The notes below the pieces were generated by a model. That model was not told the origin of the DNA and made no database searches. It saw nothing but the letters and a program-made list of their open reading frames with translations. DNA of 64,000 nucleotides from a virus, in IMG/VR virus record IMGVR_UViG_3300042731_005759, positions 96,001 through 160,000 of that record. One strand, written 5' to 3'. This document shows positions 42,074 to 50,096 of this stretch, one piece after another. A program made the position numbers and the translations under genes. The first letter of the stretch is position 1, and each line of letters starts with the position of its first letter.

Positions 42074-43315
42074 ATGAAAGTTTCAGATTTAAATAGAATT
42101 ATTGAAGAAACAATCTCAGAAGAGATTAAGAAATCAATCTTGGAAGAGAGTGATAAAAAGAAAACCGCATATTGTATTAAATGTGAGGGTGAATATATAG
42201 AAATATGTCACACTAAGGAAGAAGCGGAGAAAAAGTGTGAAGAGTATAACAATAATAATCCTGATAAGAAATACATTATCGAGGTAGAAACTTATGAGTC
42301 TAAAGAAGAGTTAATTGACAAGTTAGACGAAATGAGTGAAAAATTAGATTCAGAAAACATGGAAGAAAATCAGACAATCTCAGAATTAAACCACGACGAC
42401 CAAAACGAAAACGCATTTGTACTTGCTGCCGATGCTGCGAGAGACAAGGGTGAAAAAGAATTTGAATTCCCTAAGGGGAGTGGTAAGATGCACCCTGTAA
42501 CAATAAAATCAGATATCGATGAGGAAGAAGTTGAAGTTCACGAAGAATTGGAAGAAGTGGAATGTGAAAAATGTGGTAAAGGTATTTGTGAGTGTGGATC
42601 AATGGAAGAAGGTTCTTGTAAGAAATGTGGAAAAGAACTTTGTGAATGTGGTGACATGTACGAGGAAGAATCTATAAATGAATCTAATAAAAAAGTCCTT
42701 AGATTAAAAGAATCTGAATTGGTTGAGATGATCACAAAAATAGTGAACGAATCAGTACCTGGTCTACAGGCGGTTGAAAATGCACATAAAGTGGCAGATA
42801 AAGAAACAAAAGAACATATGGCTAACGTCGACAAAAAATTAAAAGATAACCTTTCAGTAGAAGGTAACGATAATCCCGAATTTCCAAAGGCAATTGGTAA
42901 GGGTGGACCTGATACATTAGATCCTAAACAAGCGGTTCATAATACTGAAGACCAACACGAAGAAATGGAGTCAGAAAGAGGAGAACACGCATTGGATTTA
43001 GACTATGATCATGAACCAACAGATAAGTTTAAAGATAGACTTAAAAAAGCATTAGAAGGAGATTCAACTATGGGTAATGCAGATGGTGGTAATACTATAC
43101 CAACTGACACAGGTAAGAAGTTAGCAGCAACCGCTGAGAAAAGAAAGGATAGATATGAAAATCAACCAATGTATAAAAAAGATATCCAACCTGTAGCCGT
43201 AGTTAGTGAAGAAAAGGAAGAAATAACTGAAACAACAAAAGAAGAAAACAACGTTTTAGAGGAAGAAATAAAAAGAATGAAAAGTATCTCCTCATATAAC
43301 GAAAAGACTCAGTAA
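42074..43315 (+). CDS. Acidic prohead-core/internal-protein-like protein with two CxxCG..CECG motifs
   Basis: E/K-rich; LRLKESELVEMITKIVNE, LEEEIKRMK. Confidence 0.7.
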   Translation: MKVSDLNRIIEETISEEIKKSILEESDKKKTAYCIKCEGEYIEICHTKEEAEKKCEEYNNNNPDKKYIIEVETYESKEELIDKLDEMSEKLDSENMEENQTISELNHDDQNENAFVLAADAARDKGEKEFEFPKGSGKMHPVTIKSDIDEEEVEVHEELEEVECEKCGKGICECGSMEEGSCKKCGKELCECGDMYEEESINESNKKVLRLKESELVEMITKIVNESVPGLQAVENAHKVADKETKEHMANVDKKLKDNLSVEGNDNPEFPKAIGKGGPDTLDPKQAVHNTEDQHEEMESERGEHALDLDYDHEPTDKFKDRLKKALEGDSTMGNADGGNTIPTDTGKKLAATAEKRKDRYENQPMYKKDIQPVAVVSEEKEEITETTKEENNVLEEEIKRMKSISSYNEKTQ

Positions 43316-43321
43316 TTCCTG

Positions 43322-43350
43322 TTGTCTTTATTTTCTTTTTTTTGTATATT
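43322..43350 (+). promoter_or_regulatory. Host-type promoter
   Basis: TTGTCT-N17-TATATT. Confidence 0.6.
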
Positions 43351-43358
43351 TTAATTGA

Positions 43359-43826
43359 ATGATGGAAAATAAAGACACATACTTGAAATCTATTTTAAAT
43401 AGTGACAATCTCACAGCACAATCCGAAGTATGGTATAAAGCGTACGGTATTGTATTTGAACGTGTAGAACTTTACTACGATTTCCTTAATTCATTACATA
43501 TCTTAATAGATGATACTTATTTAGGTTCTGATGTCCTAATTAATGAGGAAGATCAGAAAAACCATTTTACATGGTGTTGGGAAAAAACAATAGACAACCT
43601 TTCTAAAGAAAGAATATATCTCAAAAAAAGAGGTTACCATTACGAATACTTTTGGGAATTCTTCTTAGAGTCCTATTACTACCCCCAAATGGACGAGAGT
43701 GAGGTAAAAATCGGAGAATATATATACAAATTGTTTGATTACAATCATTCAAAAACAAGATCTGAATTAGGGGTACTTACTGAAATTTATAAATTATTAG
43801 ACAAAAACCTGACTTTAAAAACTTGA
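43359..43826 (+). CDS. Hypothetical protein (aromatic-rich helical)
   Basis: ORF with an upstream promoter. Confidence 0.75.
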   Translation: MMENKDTYLKSILNSDNLTAQSEVWYKAYGIVFERVELYYDFLNSLHILIDDTYLGSDVLINEEDQKNHFTWCWEKTIDNLSKERIYLKKRGYHYEYFWEFFLESYYYPQMDESEVKIGEYIYKLFDYNHSKTRSELGVLTEIYKLLDKNLTLKT

Positions 43827-43851
43827 CTTAGCGAAAAAAATTCCATATATT
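43823..43851 (+). promoter_or_regulatory. Host-type promoter
   Basis: TTGACT-N17-TATATT. Confidence 0.7.
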
Positions 43852-43873
43852 AGTATCAAAACCGTAAAAAAAT

Positions 43874-44056
43874 ATGGAAACGTTAGTTAAGATTAAAGAC
43901 TTGGTTGAGAAAATGTCAGTCGACACTCACAAGGTTTTCGAAAAGGGTAATAGATCTGCATCCATCAGAGCTAGAAAGTATGCCCAAGAAATTAAAAATC
44001 TTATTTCTGTTTATAGAAAAGAAGTCTTAGACGAAATAAAGAGACATGATAAATGA
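43874..44056 (+). CDS. Histone H1-like (Hc1 family, Bacteroidota type) small DNA-binding protein
   Basis: EKGNRSASIRARK...EIK.L....RK matches the KGNKAAGTRARK family motif. Confidence 0.75.
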   Translation: METLVKIKDLVEKMSVDTHKVFEKGNRSASIRARKYAQEIKNLISVYRKEVLDEIKRHDK

Positions 44057-44225
44057 AATTAAAATTTTTTTGTTTGTCCTTAGTTGTCTTTTCGTAACTA
44101 AGTTGTTATTGGAATTTGTCATTAAAATATTCCAACCAGTAACAGAACCTATGAAATTGGGGGACGTAGAAAAAGTCTCTTTGTATCTCTCAGTATCATA
44201 CATAATAACATTTATAATAACATAA
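44046..44225 (+). CDS. 59-aa two-TM membrane protein (not in ORF track)
   Basis: MINEIKIFLFVLSCLFVTKLLLEFVIKIF...SLYLSVSYIITFIIT*; fills the gap exactly. Confidence 0.7.
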   Translation: MINEIKIFLFVLSCLFVTKLLLEFVIKIFQPVTEPMKLGDVEKVSLYLSVSYIITFIIT

Positions 44226-44228
44226 ATA

Positions 44229-44708
44229 ATGTTTGAGATAATACAACCATTACGACCTTATTTTCATTCTCTCAGGGAGATAAAACAAAACGTATCATTA
44301 GATATTAAACTACCTGTAAATTGGAAATACGAAAAAATAGTTCAAGTATATAAAACAATTCAAATTAAAGTTCAGGATAAAAACGATAAGACCGTTTTAA
44401 TTTCTGTCATCTCTACCGCAACAGAAGAAGGATATGATACCGTTTTTAATTGTGTTACAGAAATAGTGAATAAGAATATTGAAGAGGAAAAGAAGAGAAA
44501 GTTATTCGATGATAAGGTAAGGGAAATGAGAGCAATGTTTGAACAGATGGATCTCGAACAACTTCAAAATTTAAAAATTAAAGGACAAAATGTCAAAGAC
44601 ACCTACGAAGAAGGACTTAGTTTGGCTGGAGACGGAGATGAAGAAGGATCAGATGGAGATAGAGAATCACAAGAAGATGATGATCAATCAACTGAGGTCG
44701 ATGAATAA
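44229..44708 (+). CDS. Hypothetical protein
   Basis: ORF; its acidic tail overlaps the next gene. Confidence 0.75.
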   Translation: MFEIIQPLRPYFHSLREIKQNVSLDIKLPVNWKYEKIVQVYKTIQIKVQDKNDKTVLISVISTATEEGYDTVFNCVTEIVNKNIEEEKKRKLFDDKVREMRAMFEQMDLEQLQNLKIKGQNVKDTYEEGLSLAGDGDEEGSDGDRESQEDDDQSTEVDE

Positions 44709-44790
44709 AGAAGATCTCTTTGTAATACCGAAAAAAGAATCTAAGTTTAAGAAATTTATAAAAAGGATATCCAAAGTATTGGGATTATGA
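44590..44790 (+). CDS. Small basic hypothetical protein
   Basis: ATGA overlap with 44787; amphipathic C-terminal helix. Confidence 0.6.
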   Translation: MSKTPTKKDLVWLETEMKKDQMEIENHKKMMINQLRSMNKEDLFVIPKKESKFKKFIKRISKVLGL

Positions 44791-45032
44791 GTGAAACTGA
44801 AAAAAAGGGAGACCTACTTAATCAATTAGCAATAATATCTGATCTAATAGAAAAGGTTAATGTCGATACGAACAATAGTACTGTCTTATTTGAGGTAAAA
44901 GAAGAGATTTACGAGGAGATTAAAGAGTACTTGGATACAAAGTATGATCAGGATATAGAAGATGAGGATAACGGTACCTTTTCGATCGCATTGGGTGATG
45001 TGGTCTTCTTATTTAGTAAGAATAGTGTCTAA
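44787..45032 (+). CDS. Small acidic hypothetical protein
   Basis: ORF. Confidence 0.7.
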   Translation: MSETEKKGDLLNQLAIISDLIEKVNVDTNNSTVLFEVKEEIYEEIKEYLDTKYDQDIEDEDNGTFSIALGDVVFLFSKNSV

Positions 45033-45657
45033 ATAAAGTTTGACTATCGTAACCTTTTTTCTTTAAGATAACATAAAGGTTTTTTCTTTGATTAGTGGTA
45101 ACGTCTTTCACAAAGATAAAGTTACCCTTTTTTATTTTCAGGAGATCCTCACGCAATAAATCAAAGAGTCTTTCACTATCACTTAAGTTCTTGTTACCAA
45201 ACATCCTAACATCCTCCTCAATCTGTAAAAATAGTTTATTGTTAAGAGTAAAAATTTGCGCAATATCATCTACGTCCTCAAAAACCTTAATTAGTTCGTG
45301 ATATCTGATGTGTTTGCGGGTTTTATAATCAAAAATCTTCTCCTCTCTCCAATATGGAATTATCTCTTTTAATCTAAAACCTTTTTGATCGACTCCTGCC
45401 TCATATAGTCTTCCATAATCATCTCTTTTGGTGACAGTCTTTTTCTTTGCCCATCTATTATCGGGGTATATGAGTGCGAGTTCAAAATCTAACTTTTGAT
45501 TTCTTTTACCACCGTATTCTTTGACAAATCTTGGTTTCTTTTCTGTTTTTAGTTCGTACCACAAATCCCTGACAGCGGGTAGACTAACAGTTTGATATAT
45601 TAAACGTTTTCTCTTCTTATTACAAAAGAGTATGATTTTATATTTTCTTTTTTTCAT
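45013..45657 (-). CDS. Basic hypothetical protein
   Basis: 214-aa ORF with a switch in strand composition. Confidence 0.8.
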   Translation of the reverse strand: MKKRKYKIILFCNKKRKRLIYQTVSLPAVRDLWYELKTEKKPRFVKEYGGKRNQKLDFELALIYPDNRWAKKKTVTKRDDYGRLYEAGVDQKGFRLKEIIPYWREEKIFDYKTRKHIRYHELIKVFEDVDDIAQIFTLNNKLFLQIEEDVRMFGNKNLSDSERLFDLLREDLLKIKKGNFIFVKDVTTNQRKNLYVILKKKGYDSQTLFRHYSY

Positions 45658-45806
45658 TTTAGTAGAAAGGAGAATATTGAGTATATACCATACAGAGCCA
45701 AACCAAGTATCACTAAGAAAAATATTTTCACATATTTTTCAGTGGTCTCTATCTCTTTGAGTATCTCTTCTCTTTCTCTCTTTTTCTTACATTTCGAACA
45801 CGCCAT
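45654..45806 (-). CDS. 50-aa protein with N-terminal CxxC and C-terminal TM helix (not in ORF track)
   Basis: MACSKCKKKREREEIL...FFLVILGLALYGIYSIFSFLLK*; ATGA overlap with the 45657 start. Confidence 0.75.
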   Translation of the reverse strand: MACSKCKKKREREEILKEIETTEKYVKIFFLVILGLALYGIYSIFSFLLK

Positions 45807-45830
45807 AACATAATATAAGTAATTTATAAG

Positions 45831-45837
45831 TATTTAT
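45831..45837 (+). promoter_or_regulatory. Putative late promoter TATTTAT, 11 nt before ATG
   Basis: In the 35-nt divergent intergenic region. Confidence 0.65.
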
Positions 45838-45841
45838 CAAT

Positions 45842-46582
45842 ATGAAATTGATGTCACTTATAGAAGAAGGGTGGTCTGAGAAATATAAAAAGTCAATTGA
45901 CTGTAACAACCCAAAGGGATTTAGTCAGAAAGCACACTGTGCAGGTAGAAAAAAGAGAAACCTATCTGAAGAAGATCTTAACGACCTCAAGTACGGTAAA
46001 AAAATCACAGATGAGTATAAGAAAGACATTGAGTATTCTAAAAAAGGTCTATTCAAAGACTTTGATATAACGAAGTTTAAAAAATTACATCCACCAAAAA
46101 ATGATTCTAAGAAGGTCAAAGAAGAATTAGAATTGTTATCATCCTTACCTGAAGCTAATGATTTTGCAGAAAAACATGATAAAATATTGGAATGTTTTGA
46201 AGAGTATGTGGATGAAAAGGGATATAAAGTATCAAAGAAAATGATGAAAGAACTTCTTGAAAGTTGTGGGGGTGTAATTATGGAACTAAAATACCATTTC
46301 GATAGACCAAGACCACAACAAGTCGCGGAGAAGTTAGGTATGGAAATTGGAGGGTTAGATTTTGATAGTGCAAAATCACCATCGTACCCATCAGGTCACT
46401 CAACACAATCCAAACTTATAGGTGAGTATCTCTACGGTGAAACCAAAGACAAACATTTTAGAAAAATTGCAGAGAAAATTTCATTGAGTAGAAATGTTGC
46501 ACGTGTACATTATGTCAGTGATTCTAAGATGGGTGAACTATTAGGTGAAAAACTCTACGAACATTATAAAAACAAAGGTTAG
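45842..46582 (+). CDS. PAP2-superfamily phosphatase with N-terminal WSEKYKKSIDC..PKGFSQKAHC module
   Basis: KxxxxRPRP, SYPSGH and SRxxxxxHYxSD motifs. Confidence 0.85.
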   Translation: MKLMSLIEEGWSEKYKKSIDCNNPKGFSQKAHCAGRKKRNLSEEDLNDLKYGKKITDEYKKDIEYSKKGLFKDFDITKFKKLHPPKNDSKKVKEELELLSSLPEANDFAEKHDKILECFEEYVDEKGYKVSKKMMKELLESCGGVIMELKYHFDRPRPQQVAEKLGMEIGGLDFDSAKSPSYPSGHSTQSKLIGEYLYGETKDKHFRKIAEKISLSRNVARVHYVSDSKMGELLGEKLYEHYKNKG

Positions 46583-46587
46583 GGGGG

Positions 46588-46616
46588 TTGACTATCAGAG
46601 TTTTTTTGTGTACTAT
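46588..46616 (+). promoter_or_regulatory. Host-type promoter
   Basis: GGGGGG-TTGACT-N17-TACTAT. Confidence 0.7.
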
Positions 46617-46645
46617 TTTACTATATATCTTAACAAAAGAATTTC

Positions 46646-47551
46646 ATGATAAGTTACATAGGTGGAAAAGCAAGGATAGGTAAATGGATTGTGCCGTATA
46701 TTCCTAATGACATTGAAACATATGTGGAACCCTTTTCAGGTATGTTTTGGGTCTTTTTCAATATGGACCTCTCAAAATTCCCAAACCTTAAAACGGTAGT
46801 TTACAACGATTTTAATAAACTCAATTCCAATCTAATGAAGTGTTCATTAGAATATGATAAATTATGGGAAGAGTTAGAAAAATATCCATGTCAACAATTA
46901 GGTGTTGAAAATACACCTCCCGAATACTCTGAGATGTTTAAAAGATTTCAAGAAGAGGTTTTTCATCCCGATTTTGTTATTGAAGAGGGTAAGGAGTTCG
47001 AAGCCGCCGCCAAATACGTGTATGTATTGACACAAGTATTCTCAGGGTCTAAACCCGAAACATCAACGTACACTGATTACAAAGGAAAGTACAGATGTAA
47101 GGTTTTGATATTTATGGATAAACTAAAGAATAAAAATTATAGAAAACACTTTGATAAAATTTCTTTTGTTGAGAATTTGGATTTTGAAAAAGTGATTAAA
47201 AAGTATGACTCAGAGAAGTCATATTTCTATGTTGATCCACCGTATTGGAAGACAGAAAATTATTATTCCAACCACGATTTCGATCGTGCGGATCACGAAA
47301 GACTAGCGGACACACTGAAAAATATTGATGGACAATTTAGTTTATCATATTATAACTTCTCTCTTTTAGAGAAGTGGTTCCCATCTCAAGAGTATAGATG
47401 GGCAAGGAAGAATTTTAAAAAATCCGCTAATGCGAAAAAGGATGGTAAGCAAAACGACGCTACTGAACTTTTGATAATGAACTACGGTCAGATAAAATAT
47501 CAAGAAGGTCACCAATTTACAATATTTGATATGTCTGATAGTGTTCAATAG
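46646..47551 (+). CDS. Dam-like (D12 class) N6-adenine DNA methyltransferase
   Basis: YIGGK, YVEPFSG, VYND, FYVDPPY, LSYY, TELLIMNY. Confidence 0.9.
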   Translation: MISYIGGKARIGKWIVPYIPNDIETYVEPFSGMFWVFFNMDLSKFPNLKTVVYNDFNKLNSNLMKCSLEYDKLWEELEKYPCQQLGVENTPPEYSEMFKRFQEEVFHPDFVIEEGKEFEAAAKYVYVLTQVFSGSKPETSTYTDYKGKYRCKVLIFMDKLKNKNYRKHFDKISFVENLDFEKVIKKYDSEKSYFYVDPPYWKTENYYSNHDFDRADHERLADTLKNIDGQFSLSYYNFSLLEKWFPSQEYRWARKNFKKSANAKKDGKQNDATELLIMNYGQIKYQEGHQFTIFDMSDSVQ

Positions 47552-47566
47552 TTAACACATATAAAA

Positions 47567-48076
47567 GTGCATTGGTATTTAGTAAGAGTATCACCAGGTA
47601 AAGAAAGACAATTATCAGATCAATTCAATACTGATATAGAACTTGGTAATATTATTGGAGTAAAGAGATTTATTTGTCCTACTGAGAAACAGGTAAAACT
47701 TATAAAGAACAAAAAAGTCCTAAGGGATAAAGTAATCTACACAGGTTACATATATTTTGAGGCGGAACATGATCTAACTAGTGACGAATTAAAAAACTTA
47801 CCGTTTTTAACGAGTATTTTTGGTATCCTTGGAGATAGGACTCCACTTAAATTAAATAAGAGGGATGTCTCAAGAATCATAAAAGAGGATCAACAACCTG
47901 TTGGTCTTAATATAGATTATGCTATTGGTGAAACCGTAAAAGTAATAGAAGGACCATTTAGAACATTCGATGGTAAGGTACATAAGATAGAAGGTGAAAA
48001 GGTTGATGTCGAGGTTAAGATATTTGGAAGACCAACCAAAGTAACACTATCAAAAGGTCAAATCGATAAAGTTTAA
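47567..48076 (+). CDS. nusG: NusG family transcription elongation/antitermination factor
   Basis: WY.VRV..GKE, YTGYIYFE (NGN domain); IGETVKVIEGPF..F.G.V...VEVKIFGRPTKV (KOW domain). Confidence 0.9.
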   Translation: MHWYLVRVSPGKERQLSDQFNTDIELGNIIGVKRFICPTEKQVKLIKNKKVLRDKVIYTGYIYFEAEHDLTSDELKNLPFLTSIFGILGDRTPLKLNKRDVSRIIKEDQQPVGLNIDYAIGETVKVIEGPFRTFDGKVHKIEGEKVDVEVKIFGRPTKVTLSKGQIDKV

Positions 48077-48369
48077 TGGATCCTGAAATTATTGTCTATT
48101 TAACTAAATTGAAAAAATATCTCTCCACTAATATGGAAGCGAGAGAGTATTTCATAAACGATCTTGATGAGGAAGAATTCTTTATTCATGTTGAAGATAT
48201 TGCGGTAAAAAACTTTTATGAAAAAGGAGACCCAACACTAAACATGGAACAATTTGAATTAGTAAAGAACACTTTGAAGTCTAAGAAGATAATTAATAGA
48301 GAGAAAGAGTATTACGAACCTAATATTTTTATCGATAAAAGAGGTTACTGTAAAATTTTAAAAACTTAA
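48076..48369 (+). CDS. Hypothetical protein
   Basis: Translationally coupled ORF. Confidence 0.75.
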   Translation: MDPEIIVYLTKLKKYLSTNMEAREYFINDLDEEEFFIHVEDIAVKNFYEKGDPTLNMEQFELVKNTLKSKKIINREKEYYEPNIFIDKRGYCKILKT

Positions 48370-49439
48370 TGAAATTACCCAAGTATTATTCACTTTTTGA
48401 ACCAGCGTATAGTGAGGAAGTTGCGGGTGAGCAACTCTTTCTAGTCAAGTTTGATAAAATACCATCAACAAGCGTTGATAGAACCGTATATACTGAAAAA
48501 ATAATTCAGAAGTTTGAAGACTTGGGATTTAAAGTGTTTACTAAATTAAGTAGTGTAGGAGGTAGGTCGGGACTCTCAAGAAACTCTGACGAAACATTAT
48601 GGTCTTTAGATGAGAAAGAACTTCTTTTGAAAACCAAGAAAGATAGAAATTCTAAAGAAATGAAAGTTTCATTTTACTATTCATTAGAGAATGGGGAACT
48701 AAGAGATCAAATAGATCTTTCTTTTTTAGAGAAACACAAAGTTCGAAGAAAGAAATCTACAATTTCATTAATAAGGTCACAAGGAGGCGGTTACTTAGAT
48801 TTAGAGGAGTATGAAATCAAGGTACCGAAAACTAATTTAGAATTAAATTATGGGAAGGATTTTGTTAAAGTACATAAAACAATCATTGAAAAACTAAACT
48901 CAAAGGGCGAGAAAGGAATCGTGTTATTACACGGGGAACCTGGTACTGGTAAAACTACCTATATAAAACATATATCAACTCACGTAAAGGATAAGAACGT
49001 GATATTTGTTCCACCGTCTATGGCTGAGATGTTGACGGACCCGTCAATTATCCCATTTCTCATGGATTACAGAAACAGTATTTTAGTTATAGAGGATGCG
49101 GAGAAAGTACTAGGTTCTCGAGAGAGTAACTCTTTAACTTCACAAAGTACCTCAAACCTTCTAAACTTAACAGATGGTATTTTAGGTGATTGTCTTAATA
49201 TTCAAATAATCGCGACATTCAATACTAAAAGAGATAATATTGATGAGGCGTTCATGAGAAAAGGTAGACTAATTGCCGAACACAAATTCGATAAATTAAG
49301 TATTGAGGATACCAATATTCTTCTTAAACATATAGGTAAAGACATTGAGGTAAATGAAGAAATGGTATTATCTGACATTTATAATATTGATGTTGAGGTT
49401 TATAAAACAATAAAAGAAAAAGGAAAAATAGGATTTTAA
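48369..49439 (+). CDS. AAA+ ATPase
   Basis: LLHGEPGTGKT, LVIEDAE, LLNLTDG, IDEAFMRKGR. Confidence 0.9.
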   Translation: MKLPKYYSLFEPAYSEEVAGEQLFLVKFDKIPSTSVDRTVYTEKIIQKFEDLGFKVFTKLSSVGGRSGLSRNSDETLWSLDEKELLLKTKKDRNSKEMKVSFYYSLENGELRDQIDLSFLEKHKVRRKKSTISLIRSQGGGYLDLEEYEIKVPKTNLELNYGKDFVKVHKTIIEKLNSKGEKGIVLLHGEPGTGKTTYIKHISTHVKDKNVIFVPPSMAEMLTDPSIIPFLMDYRNSILVIEDAEKVLGSRESNSLTSQSTSNLLNLTDGILGDCLNIQIIATFNTKRDNIDEAFMRKGRLIAEHKFDKLSIEDTNILLKHIGKDIEVNEEMVLSDIYNIDVEVYKTIKEKGKIGF

Positions 49440-49440
49440 T

Positions 49441-49746
49441 ATGAGAGAATTAAGTGCTGAGGAATTAACCTCATTAAAAAATGAAGGAAAAAAATTATTA
49501 GTAGATTTTTGGGCACCATGGTGTGGACCATGTAGAATGTTAATACCAAGGTTAGAATCATTGTCAGAGAAACATCCTGATGTGGAGTTTGTAAAAGTCA
49601 ATGTTGATGAGAATAGGGATGTTGCATTAGATTTAGGTATCAGAGGTGTACCAACAGTAATAACATTCAACGGTAATGAATTAGTTGATAGACATGTTGG
49701 GGTACAACCCGACGAAAAATACGAGGAGTCTATAAGTAAACTATAA
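49441..49746 (+). CDS. trxA: Thioredoxin
   Basis: VDFWAPWCGPC, IRGVPT. Confidence 0.92.
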   Translation: MRELSAEELTSLKNEGKKLLVDFWAPWCGPCRMLIPRLESLSEKHPDVEFVKVNVDENRDVALDLGIRGVPTVITFNGNELVDRHVGVQPDEKYEESISKL

Positions 49747-50012
49747 TGTCTGTTTGTGTCTTTACTTTATCGGGGTGTTCTCACTGTACGAAACTAAAAA
49801 AACGACTAAAAAGTGAAAATATTAAATTCGAAGAATTTAACTCTGATAAACATGAGTTACTAATAGAACAAATAGAGAATCAAATGGGTGAAATAAATTA
49901 CCCAACGGTCTTTATCAGGAGACACGATAGTACTGAAGGAATTATATTAATACCAGGTATAAATGTGGATGATGAAGATGAAATGATACAAAAAATTAGA
50001 AAAAATATCTAA
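49746..50012 (+). CDS. Glutaredoxin-like protein
   Basis: VFTLSGCSHC...YPTVFI. Confidence 0.8.
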   Translation: MSVCVFTLSGCSHCTKLKKRLKSENIKFEEFNSDKHELLIEQIENQMGEINYPTVFIRRHDSTEGIILIPGINVDDEDEMIQKIRKNI

Positions 50013-50016
50013 ATCT

Positions 50017-50048
50017 AAAGGGGATACAAAATTTGTATCCTCTTTTTT
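50017..50048 (+). terminator. Intrinsic terminator
   Basis: GGATACAA-loop-TTGTATCC followed by TCTTTTTT. Confidence 0.8.
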
Positions 50049-50070
50049 GTTCCAAGAAACAAACTAAAAG

Positions 50071-50077
50071 TATTTAT
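50071..50077 (+). promoter_or_regulatory. Putative late promoter TATTTAT
   Basis: After a terminator and before the fibre cluster. Confidence 0.7.
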
Positions 50078-50096
50078 GTTAAAGGACTTTTAGTAG

